64,000 nucleotides of DNA from Deltaproteobacteria bacterium (GTDB lineage: Bacteria; Desulfobacterota; Syntrophia; Syntrophales; UBA5619), in NCBI GenBank assembly GCA_021372415.1, contig JAJFUM010000089.1, positions 30-64,029 on the forward strand. Direction: 5' to 3'. The notes beneath the pieces were generated by a model. That model worked only from the letters and a program-made list of their open reading frames with translations, made no database searches and had not been told where the DNA came from. Positions 18,344-28,060 of this stretch are shown here, one piece after another; within the stretch, counting starts at the first letter, position 1, and each line of letters begins with the position of its first letter. A program made the translations under genes and the position numbers.

Positions 18344-20038
18344 ATGGTTCAACATTTCAAAACAGGAAAATGGCTCATCCCGATCGTTGCGCTGATCGCC
18401 TTGGCCGGTGGCATCGATTCTGCGTCGGCCAAACCGAAGGAAAAATCCAAACCCCGAAACGTGATCGTCCTGATCGCCGACGGCTGCGGGAGCGAACAGT
18501 ATACCCTTGCCCGCTGGTTCAAGGGCGCCCCCCTGACCCTGGACGAAATTCTGGTCGGCGCGGTAAAGACCCATATCGCAGACTCCGTCGTGGCCGATTC
18601 CGCCCCTACGGCCACCGCCTATGCCACGGGTTACAGGAGCAGCGATAAATTGATCGGCGTCGGCCCTAAGGGGGGAACCCTCCCCACCATGCCCGAGCCC
18701 CCGGCTGCAGAGTGGTACCGGCCGCTGGCGACCGTCCTGGAAGGGGCGAGACTCAAAGGGATGGCAACGGGAATCGTCGCCACCTCGCGCGTCTCGCACG
18801 CCACGCCGGCCGCATACATGGCCCATGTCCCCTCGAGGAGTCAGGAAGAGTCCATCATGGAACAGGCCGTTTACCAGGGCGTCGACGTCGTCTTCGGCGG
18901 AGGCGGACGGTATCTGCTGCCGAAGAACATGGGAGGAAAGCGGGCCGACGGGGAAAACCTGAAATCCGTCCTCCGGACCAAAGGATACATCGTCGCGGAG
19001 AACGGCGCTGAGATGAACGCCTTCGTCACCGGACGGATCTTCGGCATGTTCTCCGGGGACCACATGGAGCCGGAGATCGACCGGAAGGAGTTCGCCCCCA
19101 AGCAGCCGAGCCTAGAGGAGATGACCCTCAAGGCGATTGAAATCCTTTCCGGACAATCCAAAGCCAGGGGCTTCTTTCTGATGGTGGAGGGCAGTGAAAT
19201 CGACTGGGCCGACCACGGCAACGACCCCTCCCAGCTGATGAGCGACCTGATGCAGTTCGACCGGGCCGTCGGGGCAGCCCTGGACTTCGCCAGGAAAAAC
19301 GGGAACACACTGGTCCTGGCCCTCTCGGACCACAACACCGGCGGGATGACGATCGGCAATTACGGAACCAGCAAGACCTATTCGCAGTTGAAGCTCGATC
19401 AGCTCCTGGACCCGCTCCGGAAGATGAGGCTCTCCGCACCGGGGCTCCTCAGAAAGGTGGGCAACGAAAAAACCCCTGAGAAAGTGAAAGGCGTCGTGAA
19501 GGCCTACTGGGGTCTCGATATCACCGACGACGAGGCCGCGGCCATCCTCTCCATCGCCCGGAAGGACAAGGACGATCCCCACAACGGCTTCGGCGAGGTC
19601 CTCACCCCCCGGTATACCGCCATAGGCTGGACGACCCATGGCCACACGGGCGGAGACGTTCCGCTTTTCGCCTACGGGCCGAAGAGCCCCAAGGGTCTGC
19701 TGGACGGACCCGAGATCGGCAGGGTCACGGCAGAGGCACTGGGCATCGACCTCGACCGCACGACGCAACGGCTCTTCGTGGAGGCCCAGTCGGCCTTCAA
19801 AGACGGAATGGTCACGATCGACAAAACGGATGCCGAAAATCCCGTCGTGAGGGTCGAATACCAGGAGAAGCAAGCCGAAATGCCCGTCAACAAGAATCTC
19901 ATGAGGATCGACGGGGTCGAATCCGAATTGGAGGGCGTGGTCGTCTACATCCCCGAAACAGACAAGGCCTACGTCCCGCTGCAGGCTGTCCATGCCATCC
20001 TGGGAAAGAAAGGGAAACGGCCCTCCATTTCTAAATAA
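18344..20038 (+). CDS. phoA: alkaline phosphatase (PhoA family) with about 95-aa C-terminal extra domain
   Basis: 'VIVLIADGCGSEQ', 'DSAPTATAYATG' (active-site Ser region), 'SDHNTGGM', 'GHTGGDVPLFAYG'. C-terminal 'NLMRIDGVE...AYVPLQAVHAILG' resembles a copper-amine-oxidase N-terminal-like domain. Confidence 0.85.
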   Translation: MVQHFKTGKWLIPIVALIALAGGIDSASAKPKEKSKPRNVIVLIADGCGSEQYTLARWFKGAPLTLDEILVGAVKTHIADSVVADSAPTATAYATGYRSSDKLIGVGPKGGTLPTMPEPPAAEWYRPLATVLEGARLKGMATGIVATSRVSHATPAAYMAHVPSRSQEESIMEQAVYQGVDVVFGGGGRYLLPKNMGGKRADGENLKSVLRTKGYIVAENGAEMNAFVTGRIFGMFSGDHMEPEIDRKEFAPKQPSLEEMTLKAIEILSGQSKARGFFLMVEGSEIDWADHGNDPSQLMSDLMQFDRAVGAALDFARKNGNTLVLALSDHNTGGMTIGNYGTSKTYSQLKLDQLLDPLRKMRLSAPGLLRKVGNEKTPEKVKGVVKAYWGLDITDDEAAAILSIARKDKDDPHNGFGEVLTPRYTAIGWTTHGHTGGDVPLFAYGPKSPKGLLDGPEIGRVTAEALGIDLDRTTQRLFVEAQSAFKDGMVTIDKTDAENPVVRVEYQEKQAEMPVNKNLMRIDGVESELEGVVVYIPETDKAYVPLQAVHAILGKKGKRPSISK

Positions 20039-20049
20039 TATTGGCCCCC

Positions 20050-20116
20050 AGGAGAGGAGGGGGGGAGCGTTCACGGGTGTTCCCTCCTCAGCCTTGAACG
20101 GGCCCCCTCCTCTCCT
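20050..20116. repeat. 14-bp perfect inverted repeat (AGGAGAGGAGGGGG ... CCCCCTCCTCTCCT) with about 39-nt spacer
   Basis: Read directly; lies just after the phoA stop codon. Confidence 0.6.
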
Positions 20117-20167
20117 ATATAGAGACCATGGCCATGCGCCCCCGGTGATCTTTTTTGTCCGGGACTT

Positions 20168-20208
20168 CTCTCATCATCTCTTCATGACCCCGTAAAATCC
20201 CTGAAACA
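20168..20208 (+). promoter_or_regulatory. Pho-box-like array upstream of MCP-1
   Basis: CTCAT-n6-TTCAT-n6-GTAAA-n6-GAAAC with 11-bp phasing; TTATCT/GATTAT -10 at the expected offset (about 20216-20223). The proximal repeats are weaker. Confidence 0.4.
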
Positions 20209-20251
20209 GAAATTTGATTATCTGAGCCCACTTCACAGATGGGAGGTTCAT

Positions 20252-22057
20252 ATGAAGCTGGATCTTAAAATGAAAATACTGACGCCCACGATCATCTTGA
20301 TTGTCCTTGTCATGGGAATTTCCGCGGGGATCAACTTTTACCTGTCCCGCAGCGCCTTTGAGGATGATGCCGTCCACGCCCTCAAAATGATAACGAAATC
20401 AAAGGCGGAACTGATCGACGAGTGGATCGAAAATGCCAAAGGCATGATCAGCGCCTCTGCAGCAAGGAGCGAATATGAAGCCGTGCTGAAGAACGATACC
20501 GAGGAAACGAGGAAGGCGGCCAATATCAAGCTGGCCGAACAGATTCAGGAGATCCCTGATTTTTCCTATATCCACATCGCCAACGTCCAGGGGGAGGTCC
20601 GGGCCTCATCGGTGCCGGATTCCGTAGGAAAGGTCCAGTTGGCGGATCGCGACTATTTCCATAAGGCCTTGAAAGGGGAGATGAACGTTTCCAATGTCTA
20701 CCTCTCCCGGACAACGGGAAAACCGGCACTGGCTGTTGCCGCTCCGGTCCGGGACGGCGAGAAGATCATCGGGGTGATCTATGCCGTACCGGACCTGATG
20801 AAGTTCAACGAAGAGTTCATCAATTCCGTTGACGTGGGACAGACCGGATACCTCTACGCTTTCGATCCGTCCGGGCAGATCTTTGCCCATAAGGATGAAT
20901 CGCAGATCATGAAGTTGAACCTCACCGGATACGATTGGGGTCGGGAGATGCTCAAAGGCGGGCAGGGGGTCGTCGCATACGAATTTCAGGGGAAAAAGAG
21001 GCTGGCCAGTTTCGCCGCCTGCCGGAAGGTGGGCTGGTCGGTAGCCGCCGTGATCCCGGAGGATGAAATCTTTGCGAAATCCAACCTGATGTCGCGCATC
21101 AATCTTGGGCTTTTTGCCGTCGGACTGGTATTGATTCTGGCGCCCCTCTATTGGATCGTTCGGTCCGTGGTCAACCCGATCGACCGGATCGCGGCAGGAC
21201 TCGACTCTGCCGCCGACCAAATCGCCGCCGCTTCGACCCAGGTGGCCTCCGCCAGCCAATCCCTGGCGGAAGGGGCTTCCGAGGAAGCGGCCTCTCTGGA
21301 GGAAACATCCTCCTCCCTGGAGGAGATGTCCTCCATGACGCGGCACAATGCCGACAACAGCGCGCAGACCAAGGCCCTGATGTCGGAAACCCGGATGATT
21401 GTGGAGAAGGTCAGCGAGCAGGTCAACCGCATGACATCGGCCATCGCGGAGGTCACGAAATCGAGCGAGGAAACGGGAAAGATCGTCAAGACCATTGATG
21501 AAATCGCATTCCAGACCAACCTGCTGGCGCTCAACGCCGCCGTCGAAGCCGCCCGGGCCGGCGAGTCCGGCGCCGGATTCGCGGTGGTGGCCGACGAGGT
21601 GAGGAATCTGGCCATGAGGGCGGCAGAAGCCGCCAAGAACACCGCAACCCTCATTGAGAATACGATCTCCACGGTCCGCAAGAGCAGCGATTTGACGCGA
21701 CAGACCCAGGAGGCTTTCCGGGAGAATATCGCCATCTCCGACAGGGTCGGGGTCCTGGTGGAGGAGATTGCCTCCGCGTCTCATGAGCAGGCGCAGGGAA
21801 TCCAGCAGATCAGCAACGCCCTGTCCGAGATGGATCGGGTCGTTCAGCAGACGTCGGCCAACGCCGAGGAGTCGGCCAGCACTGCTGAGGAACTCAATGC
21901 CCAGGCTGAGCAGATGAAGGCCTTTGCGAAAGAGCTGGTCGAAGTGGTCAGCGGATCGCGCAATGGAAACGGCTTCCAGAGATTGCCCCTGTATGAAGAC
22001 GGCGCTTTGAAGGAGGCCCCCACTGTGCAGCGGGGAAGCGGAGGCGGTCGCGTGTAG
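20252..22057 (+). CDS. methyl-accepting chemotaxis protein with periplasmic dCache-like sensor
   Basis: TM1, about 260-aa Cache-like region, TM2, HAMP, then conserved signalling hairpin '[24 protein letters not shown]'. Confidence 0.9.
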   Translation: MKLDLKMKILTPTIILIVLVMGISAGINFYLSRSAFEDDAVHALKMITKSKAELIDEWIENAKGMISASAARSEYEAVLKNDTEETRKAANIKLAEQIQEIPDFSYIHIANVQGEVRASSVPDSVGKVQLADRDYFHKALKGEMNVSNVYLSRTTGKPALAVAAPVRDGEKIIGVIYAVPDLMKFNEEFINSVDVGQTGYLYAFDPSGQIFAHKDESQIMKLNLTGYDWGREMLKGGQGVVAYEFQGKKRLASFAACRKVGWSVAAVIPEDEIFAKSNLMSRINLGLFAVGLVLILAPLYWIVRSVVNPIDRIAAGLDSAADQIAAASTQVASASQSLAEGASEEAASLEETSSSLEEMSSMTRHNADNSAQTKALMSETRMIVEKVSEQVNRMTSAIAEVTKSSEETGKIVKTIDEIAFQTNLLALNAAVEAARAGESGAGFAVVADEVRNLAMRAAEAAKNTATLIENTISTVRKSSDLTRQTQEAFRENIAISDRVGVLVEEIASASHEQAQGIQQISNALSEMDRVVQQTSANAEESASTAEELNAQAEQMKAFAKELVEVVSGSRNGNGFQRLPLYEDGALKEAPTVQRGSGGGRV

Positions 22058-22135
22058 GTGTCTGCCGGCTGATCGGAGTTCCCCAACCGGAGGACGTAAA
22101 ACAGGTGCACATCTCTGCGGCATGGATTTTCCAGG

Positions 22136-22165
22136 CCCCCGGGGCGATCCGTTTCGCCCCGGGGG
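22136..22165 (+). terminator. perfect 12-bp GC hairpin downstream of MCP-1
   Basis: CCCCCGGGGCGA-TCCGTT-TCGCCCCGGGGG followed by TGTTGG (poor T-tract). Confidence 0.45.
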
Positions 22166-22216
22166 TGTTGGCGATTCAGGCAGGGTCGATGTGGGGAAAA
22201 TTTTCCTGAAGCGCTG

Positions 22217-22258
22217 GTTATCATCAAAACTTAGCATATCCGTCATCGTCCTGTAACA
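22217..22258 (+). promoter_or_regulatory. Pho-box array plus -10 TATACA upstream of phnC
   Basis: ATCAT-n6-TTAGC-n6-GTCAT-n6-GTAAC-n10-TATACA. The proximal half CCGTCATCGTCCTGTAAC nearly matches pstS-1 CCGTCATCATCCTGTAAC. Confidence 0.55.
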
Positions 22259-22324
22259 TCCCTGCTCTATACATCGGTCCATCCATGATCGTCCCGGACG
22301 ATCCAATCAACCGAGGGGTCCGCC

Positions 22325-23143
22325 ATGATTCAGATTGAAGCGAGAGTCCTTGCCCTGGGCTACGGAAGGCGAATCGTTCTTCCGGACGTTAACCTGAGGA
22401 TTCAGAAGGGTGAATTCATCAGCATCATCGGTCCTTCCGGCGCCGGGAAATCGACCCTGCTCATGTCGCTCAACGCCAGCGTCCCCATCTTGGGTGGCGA
22501 GCTTTACGTCCTGGGTGAGCCGGTCCACCGGATCGCCAATGCCTCCCTCAAGGCTCTGCGCTCACGCATCGGAATCATCTTCCAGGGCTTCAACCTGGTT
22601 AAACGCATGACCGTGGTGGACAACATCGCCAGCGGGATGCTCTGCCGCATGCACCTTCTATCGACGATGCTCAAATATTACACGCCACGGCAGTACGACA
22701 AGATCTGGGAGTTCATGCGCATTGTCGGCATCGAAGAGGCTGCCCTGCAGCGCTGCGATCAACTCTCCGGAGGACAGATGCAGCGTGTGGCCATCGCCCG
22801 GGCCATGGCCCAGGAGCCGGAAATCATCCTGGCCGATGAGCCCATCTCGTCGCTTGATCCCGTGAGTGCAAGGCGTGTGATGAACACGCTCAAAACCGTC
22901 AACGAAACATACGGGATCACCATCATTTCCAACCTTCACCAACTTGACTACGCACAAAACTACTGTACCCGGATCATTGGAATCCGCGGCGGCCAGATCG
23001 TCTTCGATGGCAATCCGGCGTCCCTGACCGACGAGGTCGTCAGAGAGATCTATAACGGGTTCAGCGAAGACGACCATGACGAACAGATCGAGAGCTGTGC
23101 GCCCTACCGACCTTTTGTACCCGAAGCGGCGGTGAGCGCGTGA
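22325..23143 (+). CDS. phnC: phosphonate ABC transporter ATP-binding protein
   Basis: Walker A 'GPSGAGKST', signature 'LSGGQMQRVAIARA', Walker B 'ILADEP'. Followed by phnD/phnE-like genes. Confidence 0.85.
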   Translation: MIQIEARVLALGYGRRIVLPDVNLRIQKGEFISIIGPSGAGKSTLLMSLNASVPILGGELYVLGEPVHRIANASLKALRSRIGIIFQGFNLVKRMTVVDNIASGMLCRMHLLSTMLKYYTPRQYDKIWEFMRIVGIEEAALQRCDQLSGGQMQRVAIARAMAQEPEIILADEPISSLDPVSARRVMNTLKTVNETYGITIISNLHQLDYAQNYCTRIIGIRGGQIVFDGNPASLTDEVVREIYNGFSEDDHDEQIESCAPYRPFVPEAAVSA

Positions 23144-23187
23144 GTCCACACCCATAACCCCGACCCTATTCCTGTAAGGAGGAACCC

Positions 23188-24060
23188 ATGAAGAGAACGA
23201 TTGCTGTAGCGGCCGTCCTGGCCTTTACTCTGATTGCCATCACCAGCCCAGCGCTTGCCACGCCTCCGGCCGACTGGCCCAAAAAACTTGTCCTGGGCAG
23301 CATCCCGACGGACTCATCGGCGAACATCACCGAACGATTTGACAATCTTGTGAAATACCTTGAGAAGAAACTCGGCGTGCCGGTTGAAGTCAAGGTTGCC
23401 TCAGACTATGCCGGGGTCATTACGGGCATGCAGTTCAAGCATATCGACTTGGCATATTTCGGGCCCAAGTCCTATGTCGAGGCCGCCGCTCGCGCAAACG
23501 CGGAGGCCTTCGTCATCGAGGTCGGAAAGGACGGAACGCAAGGCTACCACGGGCTCATCATCGCCAAGAAGGGCTCCGGCTTCAAGACCATGGCCGACCT
23601 GAAAGGCAAGCTCTGGGCCTTCGTGGATCCCAATTCCACGAGCGGCACGCTGGTCCCCATGGTCCACTTCCTCAACGAACTGAAGATCGATCCGGAAAAA
23701 TATTTTTCAAAGGTCATTTACTCCGGCAGCCACGAAGCCTCGATGCTTTCGGTCAAAACGGGCAAAATCGACGCCGCTTCGACCAACGACCTCGATATGG
23801 CCCGGGGAAACGGCAAGCAGTGGAATGCGGAGAAAGACTTCGAGATCATCTGGACGTCGCCGCTGATCCCGGGCTCTCCTATGGCCTGCCGCAAAGACCT
23901 GCCTTCAACGCTCAAAAACGCCCTTTCCGAAGCCTTCCTGGCCTATAACGATGCAACGGGCCTGGATCGTCTCAAGATCAAGGGGTATGCTCCCGTGGCG
24001 GACAAAACCTATGACACCATCCGGGACTTGATGGACGTCCAAAAGAAGATAAAAAAGTAG
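23188..24060 (+). CDS. phnD: phosphonate/phosphite ABC transporter substrate-binding protein
   Basis: Signal peptide plus 'YAGVITGMQFKHIDLAYFGPKSY' PhnD-family pattern. Confidence 0.85.
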   Translation: MKRTIAVAAVLAFTLIAITSPALATPPADWPKKLVLGSIPTDSSANITERFDNLVKYLEKKLGVPVEVKVASDYAGVITGMQFKHIDLAYFGPKSYVEAAARANAEAFVIEVGKDGTQGYHGLIIAKKGSGFKTMADLKGKLWAFVDPNSTSGTLVPMVHFLNELKIDPEKYFSKVIYSGSHEASMLSVKTGKIDAASTNDLDMARGNGKQWNAEKDFEIIWTSPLIPGSPMACRKDLPSTLKNALSEAFLAYNDATGLDRLKIKGYAPVADKTYDTIRDLMDVQKKIKK

Positions 24061-24144
24061 CGTCACCCTTTCCCCCTTGTTCCCCCTTTGCCGCCGGAGA
24101 GGCGGGACGCGGACCGTCCCGCCTCTCACCGGAGAACAGCAGCC

Positions 24145-25002
24145 ATGTCCCTGACGGAAATCAAGAAAAAGACCAGTCCCTTCAGTGCCTTCAACTTGGC
24201 CATCCTGATCCTCACGCTCGCCGTCGTCACATGGAGCTGGACGTCGACGCAGATGAGCGTCTCGGCCATGCTCGATGGCTGGCAGAACATGCTCGTCTAC
24301 ATCCAGGGCAACCCGGAGGTCGCCGAGAGTGGCTTTTTCCCGCCGAGCATAAAGGGAGACGGCCTTAGAAGGTACCTGTTTTCCATGCTGGAAACGGTGC
24401 AGATGGCCCTTCTCGCCCTCATCATCTCGGTGGCGATCGCCTTCCCGCTGGCCTTTCTGGCCTCGCGAAACACCCTGGAAATCGTGGTCCCCGGCAGGCG
24501 GGTCCCGTCCCGACTGATCCGGAAAGCGCTGTACGCAATGATCCGCTTTTTTGCAAACCTGTCGCGTTCCATAAACGAGCTGGTTTGGGCCCTGATCTTC
24601 GTATCGGCCGTGGGTCTGGGCCCCATGCCCGGCATCCTGGCCCTGGGCGTCCACACTTCGGGGGTGCTGATCAAGCTCTTCTCCGAAGGCATAGAAAACA
24701 TCCAGCCCGAACCCATCACAGCCCTGATGGCCACCGGCGCCGGACCGTTAAAGGTCATCCGCTACGCCGTCATCCCGCAGATCGCACCCTTTTTCGTCTC
24801 CATGACGCTCTACCGTTTCGAGTCCGATGTCCGTTCGGCGACGATCCTGGGCTTCACGGGCGCAGGGGGGATCGGGATCTATCTCTACGACAAACTGCGG
24901 AGCTACGAGAATCAGGACGTGACCACAATCCTGATCGTCATCGTCCTGACCGTGGCGCTCGTGGACCGGTTGAGCGCCGTGATCCGCAAGAGGTGCACCT
25001 GA
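24145..25002 (+). CDS. phnE: phosphonate ABC transporter permease
   Basis: PhnE-type 'NELVWALIFVSAVGLGPMPGILALGVHTSGVL' EAA-loop region. Start chosen at MSLTEIKK. Confidence 0.85.
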   Translation: MSLTEIKKKTSPFSAFNLAILILTLAVVTWSWTSTQMSVSAMLDGWQNMLVYIQGNPEVAESGFFPPSIKGDGLRRYLFSMLETVQMALLALIISVAIAFPLAFLASRNTLEIVVPGRRVPSRLIRKALYAMIRFFANLSRSINELVWALIFVSAVGLGPMPGILALGVHTSGVLIKLFSEGIENIQPEPITALMATGAGPLKVIRYAVIPQIAPFFVSMTLYRFESDVRSATILGFTGAGGIGIYLYDKLRSYENQDVTTILIVIVLTVALVDRLSAVIRKRCT

Positions 25003-25024
25003 GGGCTCGTGGAAAGGACCCGAA

Positions 25025-25453
25025 TCAGTGGATCAGGTTCAGGGTCGCGATCAGGATTTCCCGGAGCAGGCACAGGAGCGCCAGGACCAGGGAGAGCATC
25101 GCCGTGATGAAAAGGACCATGACGGTAATATTGACGTTGAAGTTGAGAAAGGTCCCGAGGAAGAGGGTGACGATGACACCGCAGACCAGGAGCGAGGTCG
25201 TGGTGGACAGGGTGATGGCATAATCAATCAGCTTGGCCCTCCTCGACAGCGTCGCCAGCTCCGCGTGGTGAGCGGCCGTGCCCGAGGCCGGATGAAGAGG
25301 CTTCTCCTCCAGAACGCGGGTCCGGTCGATCACGCGGCCCAGCCGGCTCGTCAGGACGTTCATAAACAGGGCAATGGTGCTGAGCAGAAAGACGGGGGCG
25401 ATCGCCAATTGTATCGCCCGGGCGACGCCGTCGACGCCGTGGATTTCGGGCAT
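25025..25453 (-). CDS. DUF2721-family membrane protein
   Basis: 'AIQLAIAPVFLLSTIALFMNVLTSRLGRVIDR' plus two C-terminal TM segments. Immediately downstream of phoH. Confidence 0.6.
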   Translation of the reverse strand: MPEIHGVDGVARAIQLAIAPVFLLSTIALFMNVLTSRLGRVIDRTRVLEEKPLHPASGTAAHHAELATLSRRAKLIDYAITLSTTTSLLVCGVIVTLFLGTFLNFNVNITVMVLFITAMLSLVLALLCLLREILIATLNLIH

Positions 25454-25481
25454 GGGTCTTCTCCTTTAAGTATCGTAGGTA

Positions 25482-26852
25482 TCAGAGGATCTGCGACCCC
25501 AACTCGGCGAGGGCCGAACGTTCCCCCTTGCAGAGGGTCACATGGCCGGCGATCTTCTCTCCCTTGAATCGCTCCACGAAATAGGTCAATCCGTTGCTGC
25601 TGGCATCGAGGTAAGGGTGATCGATTTGTTCCGGATCGCCGGTGAACACGATCTTTGAACCCTCTCCGATCCGGGTGACGATTGTTTTGATCATCTGCGG
25701 ACTGAGATTCTGGGCCTCGTCGCAGATGATGAACTGCCTGGGAATGCTCCGCCCCCGGATGTAGGTCAAGGGTTCCATCTCCAGGACGCCCCTTTCGAGA
25801 AGATGCTCGACGATGCGCAGGGATTTCATCCGCTCCTCATCGGGTTCCCGGCCGTTCTTCACGTTCGCCGGAAGCCTGCCGCGCCCCTCCTTGGCATCCT
25901 GGACGTTGCTGAAGATGTGTTCGATATTGTCGAAGATCGGCTGCATCCAGGGCCGCATCTTCTCGTCTTTGTCGCCGGGCAGATAGCCGATGTCGTTTCC
26001 CACCGGAACCACAGGGCGGGTGATCAACAGGCGGGAGTAAACCCTTTCATCGAGTACCTTCTGCAGCCCAACGGCCAGGGCAAGCAGCGTCTTTCCCGTC
26101 CCGGCCCTTCCCACGAGCGTTACGGCCCGGATCTGATCGTTCAGAAGCAGGTCCATGGCAAACCGCTGCTCCTTGTTGCGGGCCTTGATTCCGAAGCACT
26201 CCACGTCACCGTGGAGCAAAGGCACCAGGGTATTGTCCTGGCATCGCCCCATGGCCGACTGGGAAGGGTTGGCCGGATTCTTCAGGATGAAGAACTGGTT
26301 CGGCAATCCCCCCCATTCCTCGGGCACGGTCAACTTCTTGGTGCGGTGAAAGAGATTGATCTGATCTTCCGTGACGCTCCGATTCCCCGCCCCATCGTAT
26401 AGAACAGTGCATTGGACCTTGTCCCGGTAGAAATCCTCCGAAGCGATCCCGATCACGTCCGCCTTGATCCGGAGGTTGAGGTCCTTGGTGACCAGATGGA
26501 CATTGCAGCGCTCACGCTGGAGTTGATATGCGATCGCCAGGATCCGGTTGTCCGGCTGGCTCCAATCAATCCCCGCGGGAAGCTCGCCGCTTGACCAGTG
26601 ATTGACCTCAATCCGGAGAGAACCGCCCCCCGGCAGAACCACGCCCTCCGCCAGTCTCCCCTTTCCGCGCAGATCATCCAGGGCCCGGGAGACCTCCCGG
26701 GCATTCTTCCCGATCTCGTCCTGGCGCCTCTTCTGGCGGTCGACCTCCTCGATGACGGCCAGCGGTATCACCACTTCGTTGTCGTCAAAGGCATAGATCG
26801 CCTGAGGGTTGTGCAGGAGAATATTTGTATCCAGGATATAGGTTTTTTGCAC
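25482..26852 (-). CDS. phoH: PIN-domain-fused PhoH-family ATPase (YlaK-like)
   Basis: 'YILDTNILLHNP' PIN N-terminus and 'GRAGTGKTLLALA' Walker A. Start is GTG at 26852, preceded by AGGAGGA; the track ORF extends further upstream without support. Confidence 0.85.
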   Translation of the reverse strand: MQKTYILDTNILLHNPQAIYAFDDNEVVIPLAVIEEVDRQKRRQDEIGKNAREVSRALDDLRGKGRLAEGVVLPGGGSLRIEVNHWSSGELPAGIDWSQPDNRILAIAYQLQRERCNVHLVTKDLNLRIKADVIGIASEDFYRDKVQCTVLYDGAGNRSVTEDQINLFHRTKKLTVPEEWGGLPNQFFILKNPANPSQSAMGRCQDNTLVPLLHGDVECFGIKARNKEQRFAMDLLLNDQIRAVTLVGRAGTGKTLLALAVGLQKVLDERVYSRLLITRPVVPVGNDIGYLPGDKDEKMRPWMQPIFDNIEHIFSNVQDAKEGRGRLPANVKNGREPDEERMKSLRIVEHLLERGVLEMEPLTYIRGRSIPRQFIICDEAQNLSPQMIKTIVTRIGEGSKIVFTGDPEQIDHPYLDASSNGLTYFVERFKGEKIAGHVTLCKGERSALAELGSQIL

Positions 26853-26927
26853 CGCGTCCTCCTGATCTGGATTCGGGGTACGCCCAAGACCACGGACCGA
26901 TCCCCTGTCTACAGTTACCGCAGCGAT

Positions 26928-26966
26928 GTTGCAGAATGATGACCGAGCCGTTAATAGATGGTTGCC
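26928..26966 (-). promoter_or_regulatory. weaker Pho-box-like array upstream of phoH
   Basis: Gene-sense GCAAC-n6-TTAAC-n6-GTCAT-n6-GCAAC with 11-bp phasing. The -10 candidate TAACTG is poor. Confidence 0.35.
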
Positions 26967-27023
26967 GGCAGGCTCTCCCCCGGGAGGGGAAATGAGGGGC
27001 AGGGCATCACCGGTCGGGCACAC

Positions 27024-28001
27024 TCAGAGGGTAAGGGCCGATGCCAACCGGACCTGCATGCTGCCGGAATGACCGGGAGAGACACGCGTGTAGCGCCACC
27101 GAAGGGCACCGATTCGCCAGATCCCGTTTTCCCCCGGACCGATCTCCACTTTGCAGACAATGCCATACTGGAATTTTTTAAGCCTGAGGCCGGTGCAGAA
27201 ATCACCCAGGGAGAAGGCCAGGAGTTTCGCCGCATCGCCACGCCGCACCACCGACAGCGGCTGAGGGACATGGCAATGATGCCCCAGGACAGCGTCATAC
27301 CCGGATAGAAGATCTTCGCCTGCCTGAACGATGGCAGGCCGGGGAAACATCTCCAGTTCGTATCCCCAATGCGGATACGCCATACAGAAGGCCGCCGCAC
27401 CGGCCGAGCATCTATCGAGGACATCGAAGAAGGCGACCTCCCCGCAGGGCCGGTTGCTCCACATCGAGGCGCCGACGACCCGAACGCCATCGGCGATATC
27501 GGCAAAAGGCTCTTTCCTGAGGCCGAACACATGGAATCCCCGGTCACGCATGTGATTGATCGACTTCTTGAAGGTGGCCGCCGGATAATCTCCCGCATGG
27601 TTGTTGGCCACGCAGAGGAAGGTGCGGTCCGGCTGGAAGAGTCCGGCCAAGGCATCCAGGATGGAGGGGTTGTGCCTCTGGGCACCAGGGCTGGGCTTGC
27701 CAGCCCCGGTCACCGTCCCCTCCATGTTTCCGATTAGACGGTCGCAGCCCTGGAAGAAGAGGCGCACATCGGCCGCGATGTGGAGGGTGTGACGACCCAT
27801 GGCCATGATGTCGCCGACAACTCCCAGGGTGATCCGGGGTCGGATCGGATTCAGGATCGTTTCCTGGGGCAATGCCTGGATGCCGCAGGGATTCGTCTTT
27901 CGTACGCCCCGGATGTTCCGCCAGAGCCATACGATCGATTCCCGAAAAGGATAGGGCCCACCCCGGTCACTATCGATGCCGGATCGTTTCGTGTTTCCCA
28001 T
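27024..28001 (-). CDS. CapA-family (PGA_cap) metallophosphatase-fold protein
   Basis: 'GVVGDIMAMG', 'VANNHAGDY', 'AYPHWGYE', 'LGHHCHVPQP'. Start at MGNTKRSG; the upstream part of the track ORF is a shadow of the MBL gene. Confidence 0.75.
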   Translation of the reverse strand: MGNTKRSGIDSDRGGPYPFRESIVWLWRNIRGVRKTNPCGIQALPQETILNPIRPRITLGVVGDIMAMGRHTLHIAADVRLFFQGCDRLIGNMEGTVTGAGKPSPGAQRHNPSILDALAGLFQPDRTFLCVANNHAGDYPAATFKKSINHMRDRGFHVFGLRKEPFADIADGVRVVGASMWSNRPCGEVAFFDVLDRCSAGAAAFCMAYPHWGYELEMFPRPAIVQAGEDLLSGYDAVLGHHCHVPQPLSVVRRGDAAKLLAFSLGDFCTGLRLKKFQYGIVCKVEIGPGENGIWRIGALRWRYTRVSPGHSGSMQVRLASALTL

Positions 28002-28060
28002 GGTTAAGACAGTAATCGGCGATCTTGGCCCGCGCACGGGAATAGCGGCGTAACGCCGCA

